Positions 1 to 13,069 of a stretch of 64,000 nt of DNA are shown here, piece by piece (position 1 is the first letter of the stretch; each line of letters starts with the position of its first letter). The notes under the pieces were generated by a model. The model was given only the letters and a program-made list of their open reading frames with translations. It did no database searches and was not told the origin of the DNA. A program made the position numbers and the translations under genes. Source of the DNA: Octopus vulgaris (taxonomy: Eukaryota); NCBI GenBank assembly GCA_951406725.2, contig OX597821.1, positions 12,772,001 through 12,836,000 of the forward strand, given 5' to 3'.

Positions 1-140
1 GTCTACCAAATCCACTCACAAGGCATGTCGGACCGAGGTTATAGTAGAAACACTTGCGCAAGGTGCCACGCTGTGGGATTGAACCCGGAACCATGTGGCT
101 GGTAAGCAAGCTACTTACCACACAGCTACTCCTACGCCTA
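1..140 (-). mobile_element. tRNA-derived SINE family A, head portion (cut by window edge)
   Basis: Reverse complement matches the head of the copies at 5285 and 16942 (GCTGTGTGGTAAGTAGCTTGCTTACCA...GGTTCCGGGTTCA). Confidence 0.85.
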
Positions 141-326
141 CATATTATATAATATCTAACATAAACTCGAAAGTTAGCTATCCATTCCCTAAGAACTTGC
201 CCTCGTTTGTTACCCAGCAAAATATTAGCAGACGCAGTAGATCAAAAGGGTTTGATGACAAACTTATATGTAACAATAATGAGGTCATTAACTGTTGCCT
301 TATTCGCAATTGCCTAATTAAGGGAA

Positions 327-654
327 GTGAAGGTGCGTGGCTTAGTGGATAGGGCATTCGGCTCACGATTGTAAGGTCGTGAGTTCGATTCCAGGCGACG
401 CGTTGTGTCCTTGAGCAAGACACTTTATTTCATGTTGCTCCAGACCACTCAGCTGGCAAAAATGAGTTGTACCTGTATTTCAAAGGGCCGGTCTTGTCAC
501 ACTGTGTGTCACGATGAATCTCCCTGGGAACTACGTTAAGGGTACACGTGTCTGTGGAGTGCTCAGCTACTTGCACGGTAATTTCACGAGCAGGCTCTTC
601 CGTTGATCGTATCAGCTGGGACCCTCGTCGTCGTAACCGACGGAGTGCTCCTAT
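327..654 (+). mobile_element. tRNA-derived SINE family C, full length with 14-bp TSD
   Basis: Pol III A-box TGGCTTAGTGG and B-box GTTCGATTCC, body GTGTCCTTGAGCAAGACACT. Flanked by direct repeat CCTAATTAAGGGAA (313-326, 655-668). Homologous copies at 38683 and 55718. Confidence 0.9.
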
Positions 655-2535
655 CCTAATTAAGGGAATGACTACGGGACTAAGGTCCAGGTTGATAATG
701 GATCTACATGAAAACTTACACGATTTGCCATGGCGAAAATTATGCATAAACTTTCGTATGATCTCAGCAAAGAAAGTTTGAAATGAAATTGATAAGTGAA
801 AATAAAAATTCACCGCTCTGTTCAGTTTCATTTTTAAACTACTTGACCAAGAAACAGTATCGGAAAAGGACTTCTGAAAGATGGCACGTTTCATTACTAG
901 AACCTTCTACGATAGGAGGGGAAAGTGGTAGAAGTAGTAATAGTAGAGGTGGTGTTGGTGGTGGTGGTGGTAGAAGAAAATAAAGAGCAGATGTAGAAGA
1001 TGATGACTGTGACGTAGTGACAACGACCACGACCACGACGACAGCGATGACGATAATGATGATGCACAAAAACAAAAACAAAAACAAAAACAAAAACAAA
1101 AAAAAATAACACAACTGCGCCAATGTCAGATGTTCGGAAGTAGGCAGTATAACAAGCTGTTATTATGAGCCAGCTGTATAAATCATGAAATCAATCACAG
1201 ATCTCCTATAAGAAAAACAAAATTACCAAATACTGGAAGAAGGATGAAAGCAAACGTCTGCTCCGATGGGATTTGAGATTTGAGCTCATATCCAAGGGAA
1301 AAGAAACTAAATATTACCGAGCCTTTAGTATTCATTTTTTTGGCATCCATTTTCTTTTCTTATGTGTTCCTGAGTTTCTTTTGATTCGGAAATCATTTGT
1401 ATGTTCTTTTTGGGCTGTTGCATCTTTTACCGTTGTTGTTTTTGTTGTCATTATTATTGTTGTTGATGTTGTTTTTGTTGTAGTCTTGTTAGGCCTATAC
1501 ACATCAACAGTTAATCCACAATCAATCCCGGCATTCCCTCGTGTTGCACAATGGCTTGAATCAGGAATGTAACTGGTTGATTAGATTCTTCTTTCGTCTT
1601 TCTTCTTTCTTCTTTCCTCTTTCTTGCGTTGTTGTTAGTTAGTTAGTTATTGTATTTCCATGCTAGTGTTGTAATATTACTGATCCATTTCAAAAGGCTA
1701 ATAGAACTACACAAGTACACAAACACACAAACGAACACAGAATGACACACAGACAGACGTTCTCATATTAAGGTGAATTATTTGAAGTCGTGTCAAGATG
1801 CTTTGCAGCGTGTTGTTGGTGTAGTATCAATATGAAAATTTAGATTGTTCCGAGTGGAATTGCATATAAACGGATTCTTCAATTTACTCTCAGAACTACC
1901 ATTAACTACTGCTTCAACAGCAACAGTCGCAACAACAACATCAGCAATAACGAACAGTACACTAACAAGACAAAAGAGTGAATTCAATGAAACAATACCT
2001 GGATATCTTCAGAAAGTTGTGAATCTTCCTTCGTAACAAACGTTCTCTGAAGAAGTTCCAAATTCCAAGCAAGAATTGGCTTCCTTTATCTCTTATCTAC
2101 TCTACATGTGACATTCCCATTGAAGAATATGCTGGAGAGTGTGAGAGATGATATATATGTATATGTGAACGTGTGTGCATGTATGTGTCTGTGTGTTATG
2201 CTTGTGTGTGTATTTGAACATTCAAATACACATATACACATGTATATGTGATTGTATGCGTACGAGTGAGTGTATATATCTGTGTTTCTATGGATATGTA
2301 TGTGTAAAGAGGCAGAGAGAAAGAGAACAAGACACGTGCATGGTTATATATCTGTGTATATAAATGAATACATGTGTGTGTGTGTGTGCGTGTGTGTATG
2401 CAGGTGTACGTGTGGTGTATACACAACGTATATATGAAAATATATATATGTGGACATATATACTTATACACACACACACATAAATATATATATATACCTA
2501 CATATAAATATATATATGTATATGTATATATAGAA

Positions 2536-2567
<32 letters not shown>

Positions 2568-3458
2568 GCGCATTCATAAGTACATACATTTATACATATA
2601 TACAGACACATACACACACAGTTATATGTAATGAGAGATGGATAGAAAGTGATACGATGATGTTATACGATCAAAGCCATAAAAAGATATAGCGATTAGC
2701 TTTCATTCAATTCCAGATCAAACCTTATTATCACCATTCGAACGTATCGATGTGTCCTTGTTAAAAGACAAACGCAGAATTATGTAAGCGAGCAAGCGAG
2801 TGTGAGAGGGGGGAAGTGCAGAGAGACTGAAGTACAGATGGTGTGAAGGCAGAGAGTAAGATAGATGGATAGATAAAAAGAGCGAGAGGGGGAGGGAGAG
2901 GCACAAAGAGAGAGAGGCATTGATTGACTCTTCATGAAGTTACAATAGTTTATTAATAATGGTTGATAATGACATCTGAACTAAATCTTATTATTTTCTT
3001 CCCGTAGCTGATATATGAACACCGTTCATCGTCGTCGCCGTTGTCGTCGTCATCGTTGTCATCGTCATCTTCATCATCATCATCATCACCATTATCATTA
3101 TCATTATCATCATTACAATCATCATCGTCGTCAACGTTATCATCACCATCTCATCATCATCGTTATAATCATCGTTGTCGTCGTCACAGTTATCGTCGGC
3201 GACGGTATGTCATTATCGCCATAATCATTCTTCTCCACCACTGCTTCTTCATCCTTGTCCTCATCCTCCCCCTCCTCCTCCTCCTCCTTCTCACCATCAT
3301 CATCATCTATGACACCACTATTACTGCCACCAGCTTTGCAATTACCAACATTATAATTTTTCGTTCGCTTCTTTTTCTTCTATTAGTAGTTATAAGTAAA
3401 AATGTTATTATTCTTCGTGTAACGTCATTTATGTTCTTGACACTGTAATTGTTGCTTT

Positions 3459-3883
3459 TCTTCTTCTTCTTCTTCTTCTTCTTCTTCTTCTTCTTCTTCT
3501 TCTTCTTCTTCTTCTTTTTTTTCTTCTTTTTTCTTCTTCTTCTTTTTCGTTTTCTTCTTCTCCTTCTTCTTCTTCCTCTTCTTCTTCTTCCTCTCCTTCT
3601 TCTTCTTCATATTCTTCTTCTTCTTCCTCTCCTTCTTCTTCTCCTTCTTCTTCTTCTTCTTCTTCTTCTTCTTCTTCTTCTTCTTCTTCTTCTTCTTTCT
3701 CTCCTTCTTCTTCTTCTTCTTCTTCTTCTTCATCTTCTTCTTCTTCCTCTCCTTCTTCTCCTTCTCCTTCTTCTTCTTCTTCTTCCTCTCCTTCTCCTTT
3801 TTCTTCTTCTTCTTCATCTTCCTCTCCTTCTTCTTCTTCTTCTTCTTCTTCTTCTTCTTCTTCTTCTTCTTCTTCTTCTTCTT
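3459..3883. repeat. Long imperfect (CTT)n microsatellite
   Basis: Seen directly; explains the poly-K and poly-F/L ORFs in the track. Confidence 0.97.
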
Positions 3884-4040
3884 CTGCTTGTCTTCATTTC
3901 CACGTCGAAATACTCTTAGTTATTCCAAATAAAACTTACAACGTCCCAAATAAGGAAACGGTTTTATTTCTTATCCTAATACTAGACAACTACTTCATTT
4001 TATCGACCTACAACTGGTGAAAAAGCAAAACAGACTTCGG

Positions 4041-4154
4041 AAGGATGAAGGGCAAAGTCAACCTCGGCGGAATTTGAACTCAGAACGTAACGGCAGACGA
4101 AATGCGGCTACGCATATCGCCTGGCGTGCTAACGTTTCTACCAGCTCGCCGCCT
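4041..4154 (-). mobile_element. SINE family B, partial
   Basis: Reverse complement of GGCGGCGAGCTGG...GAGTTCAAATTCCGCCGAGGT..ACTTTGCC.TTCATCCTT, as at 8744 and 31755. Confidence 0.85.
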
Positions 4155-4479
4155 TATTTGATTACCTGTTGGATTTTTAGTTAATTTTGGAAGACAATTT
4201 GTTTACAGAAATATTTAAAATAAGATCCAAGAGAGTGCTGGATTATACACCGCATAGGATTTGGACTAGTGTTTTTATGTGGGTGCTTCTTATTATACAC
4301 GGAGAAATGGTAAACAACCTCGATTAATTCAGGTCCTGTATGGGATCTTGTGACGTTGCAACGCTTCTTTGCATACATTATTTGACTGTATCTGCTGGGG
4401 TTGTCTCGTGAAATCCTCCGATCCCCAACAGATCCTATACTCGTGAAATACTTTCTCATCAGCATTGAACACTAAGGCA

Positions 4480-4900
4480 TATGGCCGACCAACACATGCT
4501 GTCATCCCAGGCGGAGCCTCTGAGAAAAGAACATGAAATGCAGAATCCAATCTGAAAAATGATGCAACAAGTTCAAACAATCTAAGCCGACGCTCCCAAA
4601 TCATACTAGTAACAAAACGCATCCAAGGATATGAGTATGGTCGTTGGTTGCATACGAAACCCAACGTCATCCGATGAAGCGTCCCGGCACCAAAGGAGTT
4701 CAGTCGAACCCTAAGTGCTCCGAGCAGTGTCTATGTTTCGTAACTCTACAGCAAGAGAAGGAGTACAAACCGTTTGTCCTTAGCTGAGGCATCCGCTGTG
4801 CCAAACACTCGTGCCCAGTAAGTTCACAAGTGCGCCAGCACGTCCAAGTTTTATCTCGGCATAAATATCCCAGACATCACAGATTTCAAAAGTGGAGTAA
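4480..4900 (-). mobile_element. Degenerate RTE-clade LINE fragment (3' part of ORF)
   Basis: Translation AEIKLGRAG...VWHS and SYET*TLLGALRVRLNSFGAGTLHR...FVCNQR...MRFVTSMIWERRLRLFELVASF...VGRP resembles the RTE C-terminus (YGCETWTL..RL..F..R.LRRI..W.D.VSN...RQLR.FGHVAR...GRP). Confidence 0.65.
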
Positions 4901-5284
4901 AGCTGCACGTTATGTCACAACAGACAGCGTAAATACTACTACAATGAGGGACTAAAAGAATTGAAGGAAAATATGAGCCTCGATTTGTTACCAGAAATAA
5001 AGATAACACATAAACAGCAGGAGCAACAACCATAACAGCTGGAGCACCATTCGTACGCTTAGCAGGGACTGTAGTATCTCTCATGTGTGCAACTTTGCAA
5101 TTGATGCTAGAATTGCGCAAAATTTCCCATAAGAAAATGGATATGGGTTTCCCCAACGAAGAGAACAAAGCATAAGAAACATCCGTGGACATGTATCAAT
5201 CGCACTATTCAACATATTTCGAGAACTAAAAAGAAAGAAATTAGGAAAAAGAATGCAAGATATGATGAGATATGAAAAAAATAA

Positions 5285-5706
5285 GGCGCAGGAGTGGCTG
5301 TGTGGTAAGTAGCTTGCTTACCAACCACATGGTTCCGGGTTCAGTCCCACTGCGTGGCATCTTGGGCAAATGTTATCTGCTATAGCCTCGGGCCGACCAA
5401 TGCCTTGTGAGTGGATTTCGTAGACGGAAACTGAAAGAAGCCTGTCGTATATATGTATATATATGTATGTACGTATGTGTGTGTGTTTGTGTGTCTGCGT
5501 TTGTCTCCCTAGCATTGATTGACAACCGATGCTGGTGTGTTTATATCCCCCGTCACTTAGCGGTTCGGCAAAAGAGACCGATAGAATAAGTACTGGGCTT
5601 ACAAAGAATAAGTCCCGGGGTCGGTTTGCTCGACTAAAGGCGGTGCTCCAGCATGGCCGCAGTCAAATGACTGACAGAAGTAAAAGATAAAAGAGAATAA
5701 AAGAGA
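5285..5706 (+). mobile_element. tRNA-derived SINE family A, full length
   Basis: tRNA-like head GGCGCAGGAGTGGCTGTGTGGTAAG...GGGTTCAGTCCC, internal (TA)/(TG) tract, A/G-rich tail; several homologous copies in the window. Confidence 0.92.
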
Positions 5707-7051
5707 CCTGGGTAACAATTAGTCATAATGTCTAATACAAAAGTAGAAACCTGTTTGCCCACAAGCATAACTACAATTGTGACAAACACGAAGGAACCAG
5801 TTAATCTGTACGAACATCATCAAAACCTAAGCATTCGTTCGCAAGTACATAAAAAAATAGTAGCATCAATTGAAGCAGTGAATTGATCAAGGAACTCAGT
5901 AAAAACAACTTGAACAGCAATGGTTTGTATAATAACAACAGCTACTCGCAGAGCACATTCTCCGATTCATTAGAGCTCGAAAACGGCAGTGGATGGAGGG
6001 AGTACAAAGGTTGCTGTAATAAAATATGCACAAAAATGTAATGCGCATTAGAGGTTTGCATATTACTAGAGTAGAAGTTCAAACTCAGCGTAACAATTTT
6101 CCTGGAAAAAATTTGGGGCCAAGCAACTTGTAGAGAGTTTTTATGAACATTTTTATATCTTCAGAGGTGCAGTTTACTCGTTCTTCTGAAACAAGATAAC
6201 TGACTTCATTCACTTTTTCTTCGCCTCCCTAAACTGTATTGAGAACAGAATAACTGTGGAACATATAGGTTTAGAAGCAGAGAAGCTTCCTTAACGATTT
6301 CAGGTTACTAGATATAGATGCATTAATTGTCAACGAGAGCAATATTTCTGACAAGTAGTCACTCACATTTACTAATAATTAAATGGCTAACGCATTTCAG
6401 TAGGGCTGGAACGACTGACATTGCAGAAATATTTATATTTTTACATACAATTCATCTTTCTAGCCACAAACAGACTAAGTCACAAGTAGCTCTGTGTAAT
6501 CAGAATAGAAAGAAATATCTTTACAATCGCATATACGTAACCTGGAGCAAGTCTGCGAGATATTTTCCCATAAACTTATGCCAATGGCGACTCTTAATGG
6601 AGTAAGTGGATGACTAGAGGAGCAATTTTGATGACACTTTAGCATTAAGGAACTCGTATAGAAAAGCAACATTCTCTGAAGGACTTGCAAGTAACGACTT
6701 AAATATTTAAAATGTGTTACTGTCTCCGTGAACAAAATAAGTTCTAGATAGAGCATTTTGTTTTCCAGTAGACAGGAGTGAGGCAGAGCGTTCACAATTC
6801 TGGCAGATTGCATGCACAGACCATAAGTTTGTGAATCTGCGATATCTGCTTTCACATATATTATACAAACGCACATACACACATAGATACATATGGATAC
6901 TTAAACAATTAGATAGATATACAAACACACATACACACACACACACACATATGCATGTATATATGTAGTGCATGTGTATATGTACCCGTACCATTTATCT
7001 GTACATATATATATATATATGTATGTATATATGTGTGTGTGTAATTATATA

Positions 7052-7120
<69 letters not shown>

Positions 7121-7125
<5 letters not shown>

Positions 7126-7192
7126 AAGGCTGTGTAGATTTTAGAACGTTTATAGATCTATAAATGTTCTATAATCTACACAGCCTTGGTTT
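7121..7192. repeat. Near-perfect spacerless 72-bp palindrome next to (TA)n
   Basis: 36-bp arms AAACCAAGGCTGTGTAGATT(T/A)TAGAAC(G/A)TTTATAGA with 2 mismatches. Confidence 0.9.
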
Positions 7193-7727
7193 TTTATCTC
7201 ATTATGAAAAAAAAAATTGTATACACGCGCTGACATATGACCAAAGTTGAACCCCTTATTCGCATAATCACCGGACCTGGAACTTAACTATGATCTATCT
7301 ATAGCACTTATTCAGCATTACCTGACACCTTTGGGCCTCAATGACACCATTACATCTCATAACCTCCTATATATATATATACACGCACCCACAGAAAATC
7401 TGTTGGTTTATGATTCAGGTATGGATGTTTCAAAAGAAAACCAGAATCGGTTTACTAGCGGATGATCGGAAACGAATATTAGTGAGTACTGAAAAGCGGA
7501 ACCCTACCATTCTAATGTATTATATCCGTATACATAAGTATATAAATATACGTGCGTATTTGTTTGTATGAGTTTATGTTTGTGTGTGCTCTCGTGTGTT
7601 AATGTGTGTTAGTAGGAGCAGTTACATTTTGATAGTGTACGCAGACACACTCATATATACACATACATATATACACACATACATACATTCTTATATGTAT
7701 GTCTGTATTGATATATGTATATATATA

Positions 7728-7806
<79 letters not shown>

Positions 7807-8471
7807 TGCAGGTATGAGTTCAGGTATCTATTTATGTTTGTGTGTGTACGTGCGTGTATTGATAGGCTGCAGTGTAAAAATCAATAATCCTGATAAGTAG
7901 TAACGATAGAAAAAATATAATGTTTGAATAGTACAATGTTTTACAAGAGAAAATTAGTTATTTGAAATAACTGCATTCAATAAATGTGACTTAATGATCA
8001 GTGAAGCAGTGAATAAGAAAATGGAACAATAGACGATATCCGTAATTAGACCACTATTTAACGCTAAAAGGAACGCACAGAGTAGAGAATTCCTTGATAA
8101 ATAAATATATTCTTCCAATTACAAAATATATTCTGATATATTAGAGAAACTGCTGTATAATGTAGAATGATGATTAGGCACACTATTATAGTCAGAATAA
8201 TGTTTCTTCAAAATTATAGTATTATATGATGTTATTAATATTATTGTTAATATAATGTACAAGTAAAATTTATATATCGAACTCTGATTTCTTATTGTTT
8301 TCAGTACAATTCTGTAGCGATCTGAGTTCAAATTAAGTCGAAAATCCTCTTTGATGGCTTATCTTCATGCAGCTAATATACGTTTCAAATTGTCGCACAA
8401 GGCCAGCAAATTTGAGGAGTAAGTAAGTCTCTTACATCGGCCCAAGTAATAGAGGGGTGCGTATTTTATGA

Positions 8472-8520
<49 letters not shown>

Positions 8521-8743
8521 GGTGGTGGTGATGGTGGCGAGGTGGCAGAGTCGTTTGCACGCCGGGCAAATTGCGTTGTTGTATCTCGTTCGTATTTACG
8601 TTCAGATTTTGAATAAAGTATCGATAAAATAAGTACCATGCGAACATTGTGTTCGACGTAATCAAGTTACAAACCTACCACGAAATTGCTGGCCGTGTGC
8701 CATTATTTGCAACCGTTACTGTCATCATTATTAGTTTCGACCA

Positions 8744-9500
8744 AGGCAGCGAGCTGGCAGAAACGTTAGCACGCAGAGCGACATGCTTAGTGGTATTTCG
8801 TCTGCCGTTACGTCCTGAGTTCAAATTCCGCCGAGGTCGACTTTGCCTTTCATGCTTTCGGGGTCGATAAATTAAGTAGCAGTTACGCACTGGGGTCGAT
8901 ATAATCGACTTAATCCGTTTGTCTGTCCTTGTTTGTCCTCTCTGTGCTTAGTCCCTTCTGGGTAGTAAAGAAATAGGTATTTCGCTTGCCGCTACGTTCA
9001 AATTCCGCTGAGGTCGACTTTGCCTTTCATCCTTTCGGGATCGATAGATTAAGTACCAGTTATGCACTGGAGTCGATGTAATCGACTTACTCCGTTTGTC
9101 TGTCCTTGTTTGTCGCCTCTGTGTTTAGCTCCTTGTGGGTAGTAAAGAAATAGGTATTTCGCTTGCCGCTACGTTCAAATTCCGTTCAGGTCGACTTTGC
9201 CTTTCATCCTTTCGGGATCGATAGATTAAGTACCAGTTATGCACTGAAGTCGATGTAATCGACTTAATCCGTTTGTCTGTCCTTGTTTGTCCCCTCTGTG
9301 TTTAGCTCCTTGTGGGTAGTAAAGAAATAGATATTCCGTCTGTCTCTATGCTCTGAGTTCAAATTACACCGAGGTCGACTTTGCCTTTCATACTTTCGGG
9401 GTCGATAAATTAAGTACAAGTACCAGTTGCGTACTGAGGTGGATGTAATAGATTGGCCGTGCCTCCCCAAAAATTTCGGACCTTGTGCCTAGAGTAAAAA
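8744..9500 (+). mobile_element. SINE family B (Deu/Nin-like central domain), one full head plus three 5'-truncated tandem units
   Basis: GTCGACTTTGCCTTTCATCCTTTCGGGGTCGATAAATTAAGTACC occurs four times about 180 bp apart; the motif resembles the Deu/Nin SINE domain. Confidence 0.88.
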
Positions 9501-9937
9501 AGATTAGTTTTGATCAAACTAAAGCATGAAGGAAATACAAAAGGCAAGTGGTATAGACAATTTCACAATAACTACCTCTATTCTACAATACCTGCCCTTC
9601 CACCTGAGTTGGATATGATCATTAATATGATTATTCTATTATTTTAAGGCTAATTTTAGAATACCTTTACCTAACTGAATAGAGAAAATGAAACTTTGGC
9701 GTTAACCGCGGGAAGGTTCCTTTCATTGGCATTAATTTAGTTTTAAATATCATATGGTGAAATTTTCAACGTCACGTTTTGTATTTTCCATGCCATAAAT
9801 AGTTAAATAATGCATAATGTTTTTCGAGAATAGGGCTTTTCCAGAATAATGCTTAATCATATATTTCAGCTATTCATATTTAATATCTGAATGGGAATAT
9901 TTAGTATATGTCAACTTGACATTATTCCATTAGAACG

Positions 9938-9990
<53 letters not shown>

Positions 9991-9997
9991 GTGTATG

Positions 9998-10030
<33 letters not shown>

Positions 10031-10060
10031 ATGTATGTATATATATTACTTTATTACCTT

Positions 10061-10305
10061 TACTTGTTTCAATCATTTAACTGCGGCCATGCTGGAATAC
10101 TGCCTTCAGTCGAACAATTCGATCCTAGGACACACACACACACACACACACTCACACACGCATATGTATATACGGTTTCAGTTTCCGTCTACCAAATCCA
10201 TTCAGAAGGATCTGGTCAGTCACCAAGGTGCCACGCAGTGCGTCTGAACCCCGGGCCAGGTGGTTTTGAAGCAAACTTCTTACCACCCAGCCACGTCTGT
10301 GCCTA
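10061..10305 (-). mobile_element. Degenerate SINE family A
   Basis: TTTCAGTTTCCGTCTACCAAATCCA and TGCGGCCATGCTGG segments match family A. Confidence 0.75.
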
Positions 10306-10640
10306 TACCTGCATACGTGCATAATTTCAAAGTATACAGGAAAGCAAAAACAATTCTTATTCCCAAATTATTTATAACTGTTCTTTGATGGCTGGTTAAA
10401 TAGTTCAACCTCTCTCTCTCTCCTTCTCTGTCCCCCTCTCTCTCTCTCTCTTACCTTCTCTCTCACCCTCCCATTTCTTTAATTGTCTTTCATTTTTTAT
10501 CCTTCAAAGTTTGCAGATATGTATGCATTTATCTGTCTCTATATAAATGTCTATATATTTATCACTTACATAAGTACCATCCCTACTGTTCTGTCAACAC
10601 ATGTATGTACATATACGTCATTCCTTTCAGTCAAAATATG

Positions 10641-10802
10641 TTAGTTAGTTAGTTAGTTAGTTAATTTGGCTCAAAAGCAAATAGCAAGGCCATGTAGGGG
10701 GACATGGAGTTAAGTACAGGGTGGTGCCCATGTAAAGAGTTCAGGCCACTTGAGGTCCAGGGAGGCTTTGAACAAAGCAGTCGTCGGCATCTTCACCATC
10801 TC
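10641..10802 (-). mobile_element. 3' end of a CR1-like LINE with (AACT)n tail
   Basis: Minus translation EMVKMPTTALFKASLDLKWPELF resembles the CR1 ORF2 C-terminus (VV.A....FK..LD..W), followed by a short UTR and (TAAC)n tail. Confidence 0.6.
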
Positions 10803-11180
10803 ATTTCTTTCTTCCTTATATTATGATATAGATCAGCTTTCATGTAACCCTCTCTCTACGGCTTTCTCTCTGATTGTACTAGCTCCAAAATTTAGGAGCT
10901 TGTTTTCATACTATTTCCACAGAAACCTCCCAAGCCTAATTATCATTCCCAGTCTCATCCACTGACACTAAACTAGACACAACGAATTGGCTCTCGTCGG
11001 CGGGTTGATGGTGCACTTAGACTTAGTCCTTCTTTCTACTTTTGCAACAGAAACTATTTTGCAACAGAAACTATTTTGCAAATATTCAAGAAAAATATTA
11101 GTGATACCGATTCATTCAACTTGAGTGGGCCACATACATGAATCATTCTGTCTTTATGCGTGTGTATATATACACGTGAT

Positions 11181-11350
11181 TGATCGCTAAATCCACAAGT
11201 TTATTTGATTCTCTCTCAGTTGACTTCCACGTATTCCTTTCTGATGAATTGCGTAAAAGTCTTTCTCACTTTCCCGAGATTCAAACTGATACACCTGCTT
11301 GTTGTTTATAGACCTGTCTTCGACTTCCGTTTCTCTATAAATTTCAACTA
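11181..11350 (+). mobile_element. Short TA-associated repeat with remnant minimal hammerhead motif
   Basis: Shares TGATCGCTAAATCCACAAGTTT and CGTAAAAG.CTTTCTCACTTTCCCGAG with 58476-58627; CTTT-CTGATGA at 11237-11247; ends at (TA)n. Confidence 0.65.
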
Positions 11351-11490
11351 TATACATACATACATACATATATATATATATTCATACATGCACACACACA
11401 CGCATACATATAAACATACATGCACACATATATATATATACACACAAACTCACATGTATGTATATATATATCTGCCTATCTATCTATCTA

Positions 11491-11539
<49 letters not shown>

Positions 11540-11550
11540 ATATAAATATA

Positions 11551-11614
<64 letters not shown>

Positions 11615-11736
11615 TATATATATATGTATATATGTATACATTGCTCGACATAAGAGTTACAGTCACAAATAGATCGTAATATGATGTCGGCCTCGACGCA
11701 TGATGGTTTAACATCCAATAATATACCTGTTATAAA

Positions 11737-11945
11737 AGGCGATGAACTGGCAGAATCGTTATTAGGGCAACATTCTTAGTGGTATTTCGTCCGTTTTTAC
11801 GTTGTAAATTGAAAGGCCGCTGTGGTCGAGTTTGCTTTATATACTTTCGGAGTCCATAAAAAAAGTACCAATTAAGCAACGGAGTTGATGCCATCGACTC
11901 AGCTCCTTCTCGGATACTGCCGGTCTTGTGCCAAACAGTTGAAGA
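11737..11945 (+). mobile_element. Degenerate SINE family B
   Basis: GGCGATGAACTGGCAGAATCGTT...GGTATTTCGTC...GGTCGAGTTTGCTTT. Confidence 0.7.
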
Positions 11946-12728
11946 CATTAATATAGCTTTTAGACTACTGAAACAGGTGATTGGTTTTTAGTGGTGAACA
12001 TTTGTGTAGGACAAGCCACACCTTCAGAAAAATGACGATATCACAATACCAGTAAAATACTTGTTACAAACTCGATGAACAACACATTGTTCCTTAGTCT
12101 ATTTCATCTCTGGAGTTATTTGCGATCTCCACGGCTGACATTCCATCCAATCCTGATACGCAAACACTAAAAATACACATACATACATGCATGTATACAT
12201 ACGTATATGCATGCATATATGCATGCAATAAATCTTCGTTTATAACTATCATCATAGATGCATTAAGTAATGTACCAACAAATTTATACAAAGTCAACAA
12301 ATAATAGGTATATCGAAGAAACGGCAAAAGAAATTGTCGCGGATTCTCGAAATCCAATTGTACAGTGAATATTTGTAAGACTTAGGAAGATTCTCTACCT
12401 GATATACATTTGGTGAATGGATTTACGCACTAGAATGTGTGCGTCGACAGCTCAACCAGCATACCAACTAAAACATGCGTCTACAAACGTCAGAAACTCT
12501 CAACTAATAAAGTCATGTCCTTTTCTTAGAGACCTGCTCCAAGTTTCTTAACTCAAAATGTCTTGTCACTTTGTTAGAGACCGACTTATATTCTCTTAAG
12601 TATAACTAGAAACCATCTGAATATTGGAAAAGATTTACCTGTATGACTTCCATTCGAACCGGTATCAAAATGCCGACAACATTTTGACATCCGGTGACGT
12701 GCCTATAATTCATGTGCTGTCTCTCATG

Positions 12729-13069
12729 TCATGAAAATGAAGTTCTCACAAAACAGTGATTGTGTTTCGGTATATCTTCCGTGAGGATGACGTCATGCCA
12801 CCTCACATTTTTGAACAGGGACTTAGGTTAAATTCAGAAGTGGTTATTTGAGAATTTCTACTTCTTCAGTCTCAATTTCAGATTTCTGAATTCTCCTGAT
12901 CCTAATCATATTGGTTATTATACGTAGGGACTGGTTGAGGAATATGCCAACCGCTCTGCCTCCAATACTAAGGCCACGCTGGTCGCGAGGAACACAGTGA
13001 GGAACACATGTAGATGGTCCCAGAGCCGCGTGGAGGCCGTGGTAGAAGTTGAAGGCCGTTACGTTCAAT
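12729..13069 (+). mobile_element. Tc1/mariner (maT/DD37D-like) transposase remnant
   Basis: Translation VMKMKFS..TVIVF...EDDVMPPHIFEQGLRLNSE, then NSPDPNHIGYYT*GLVEEYANRSASNTK, then CRWSQSRVEAVVEVEGRYVQ*; matches the GDVMPP, SPDLNP and RLEAVV..GG motifs, with internal deletions. Confidence 0.75.

Larger units (their letters stand above)
4190..6120 (-). pseudogene. Probable decayed intronless class-A (rhodopsin-like) GPCR, interrupted by an RTE fragment and a SINE
   Basis: Manual translation across stops and frameshifts gives TM-like segments in the expected order: MQTSNAHYIFVHI (ICL1/TM2), TFVLPPSTAV, IQTIAVQVVFTEFLDQFTA (TM3, DRF-like), FHISSYLAFFFL (TM5), KRTNGAPAVMVVAPAVYVL (TM6), HFSVY..NTSPNPM (TM7). 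Confidence 0.45.

Noticed and set aside
332-400. Genuine tRNA genes at SINE heads
   Set aside because: A/B boxes continue into conserved SINE bodies with TSDs; no complete cloverleaf.
8744-9500. CRISPR-like array
   Set aside because: ~180-bp homologous SINE units without unique spacers, no cas genes, eukaryotic context.
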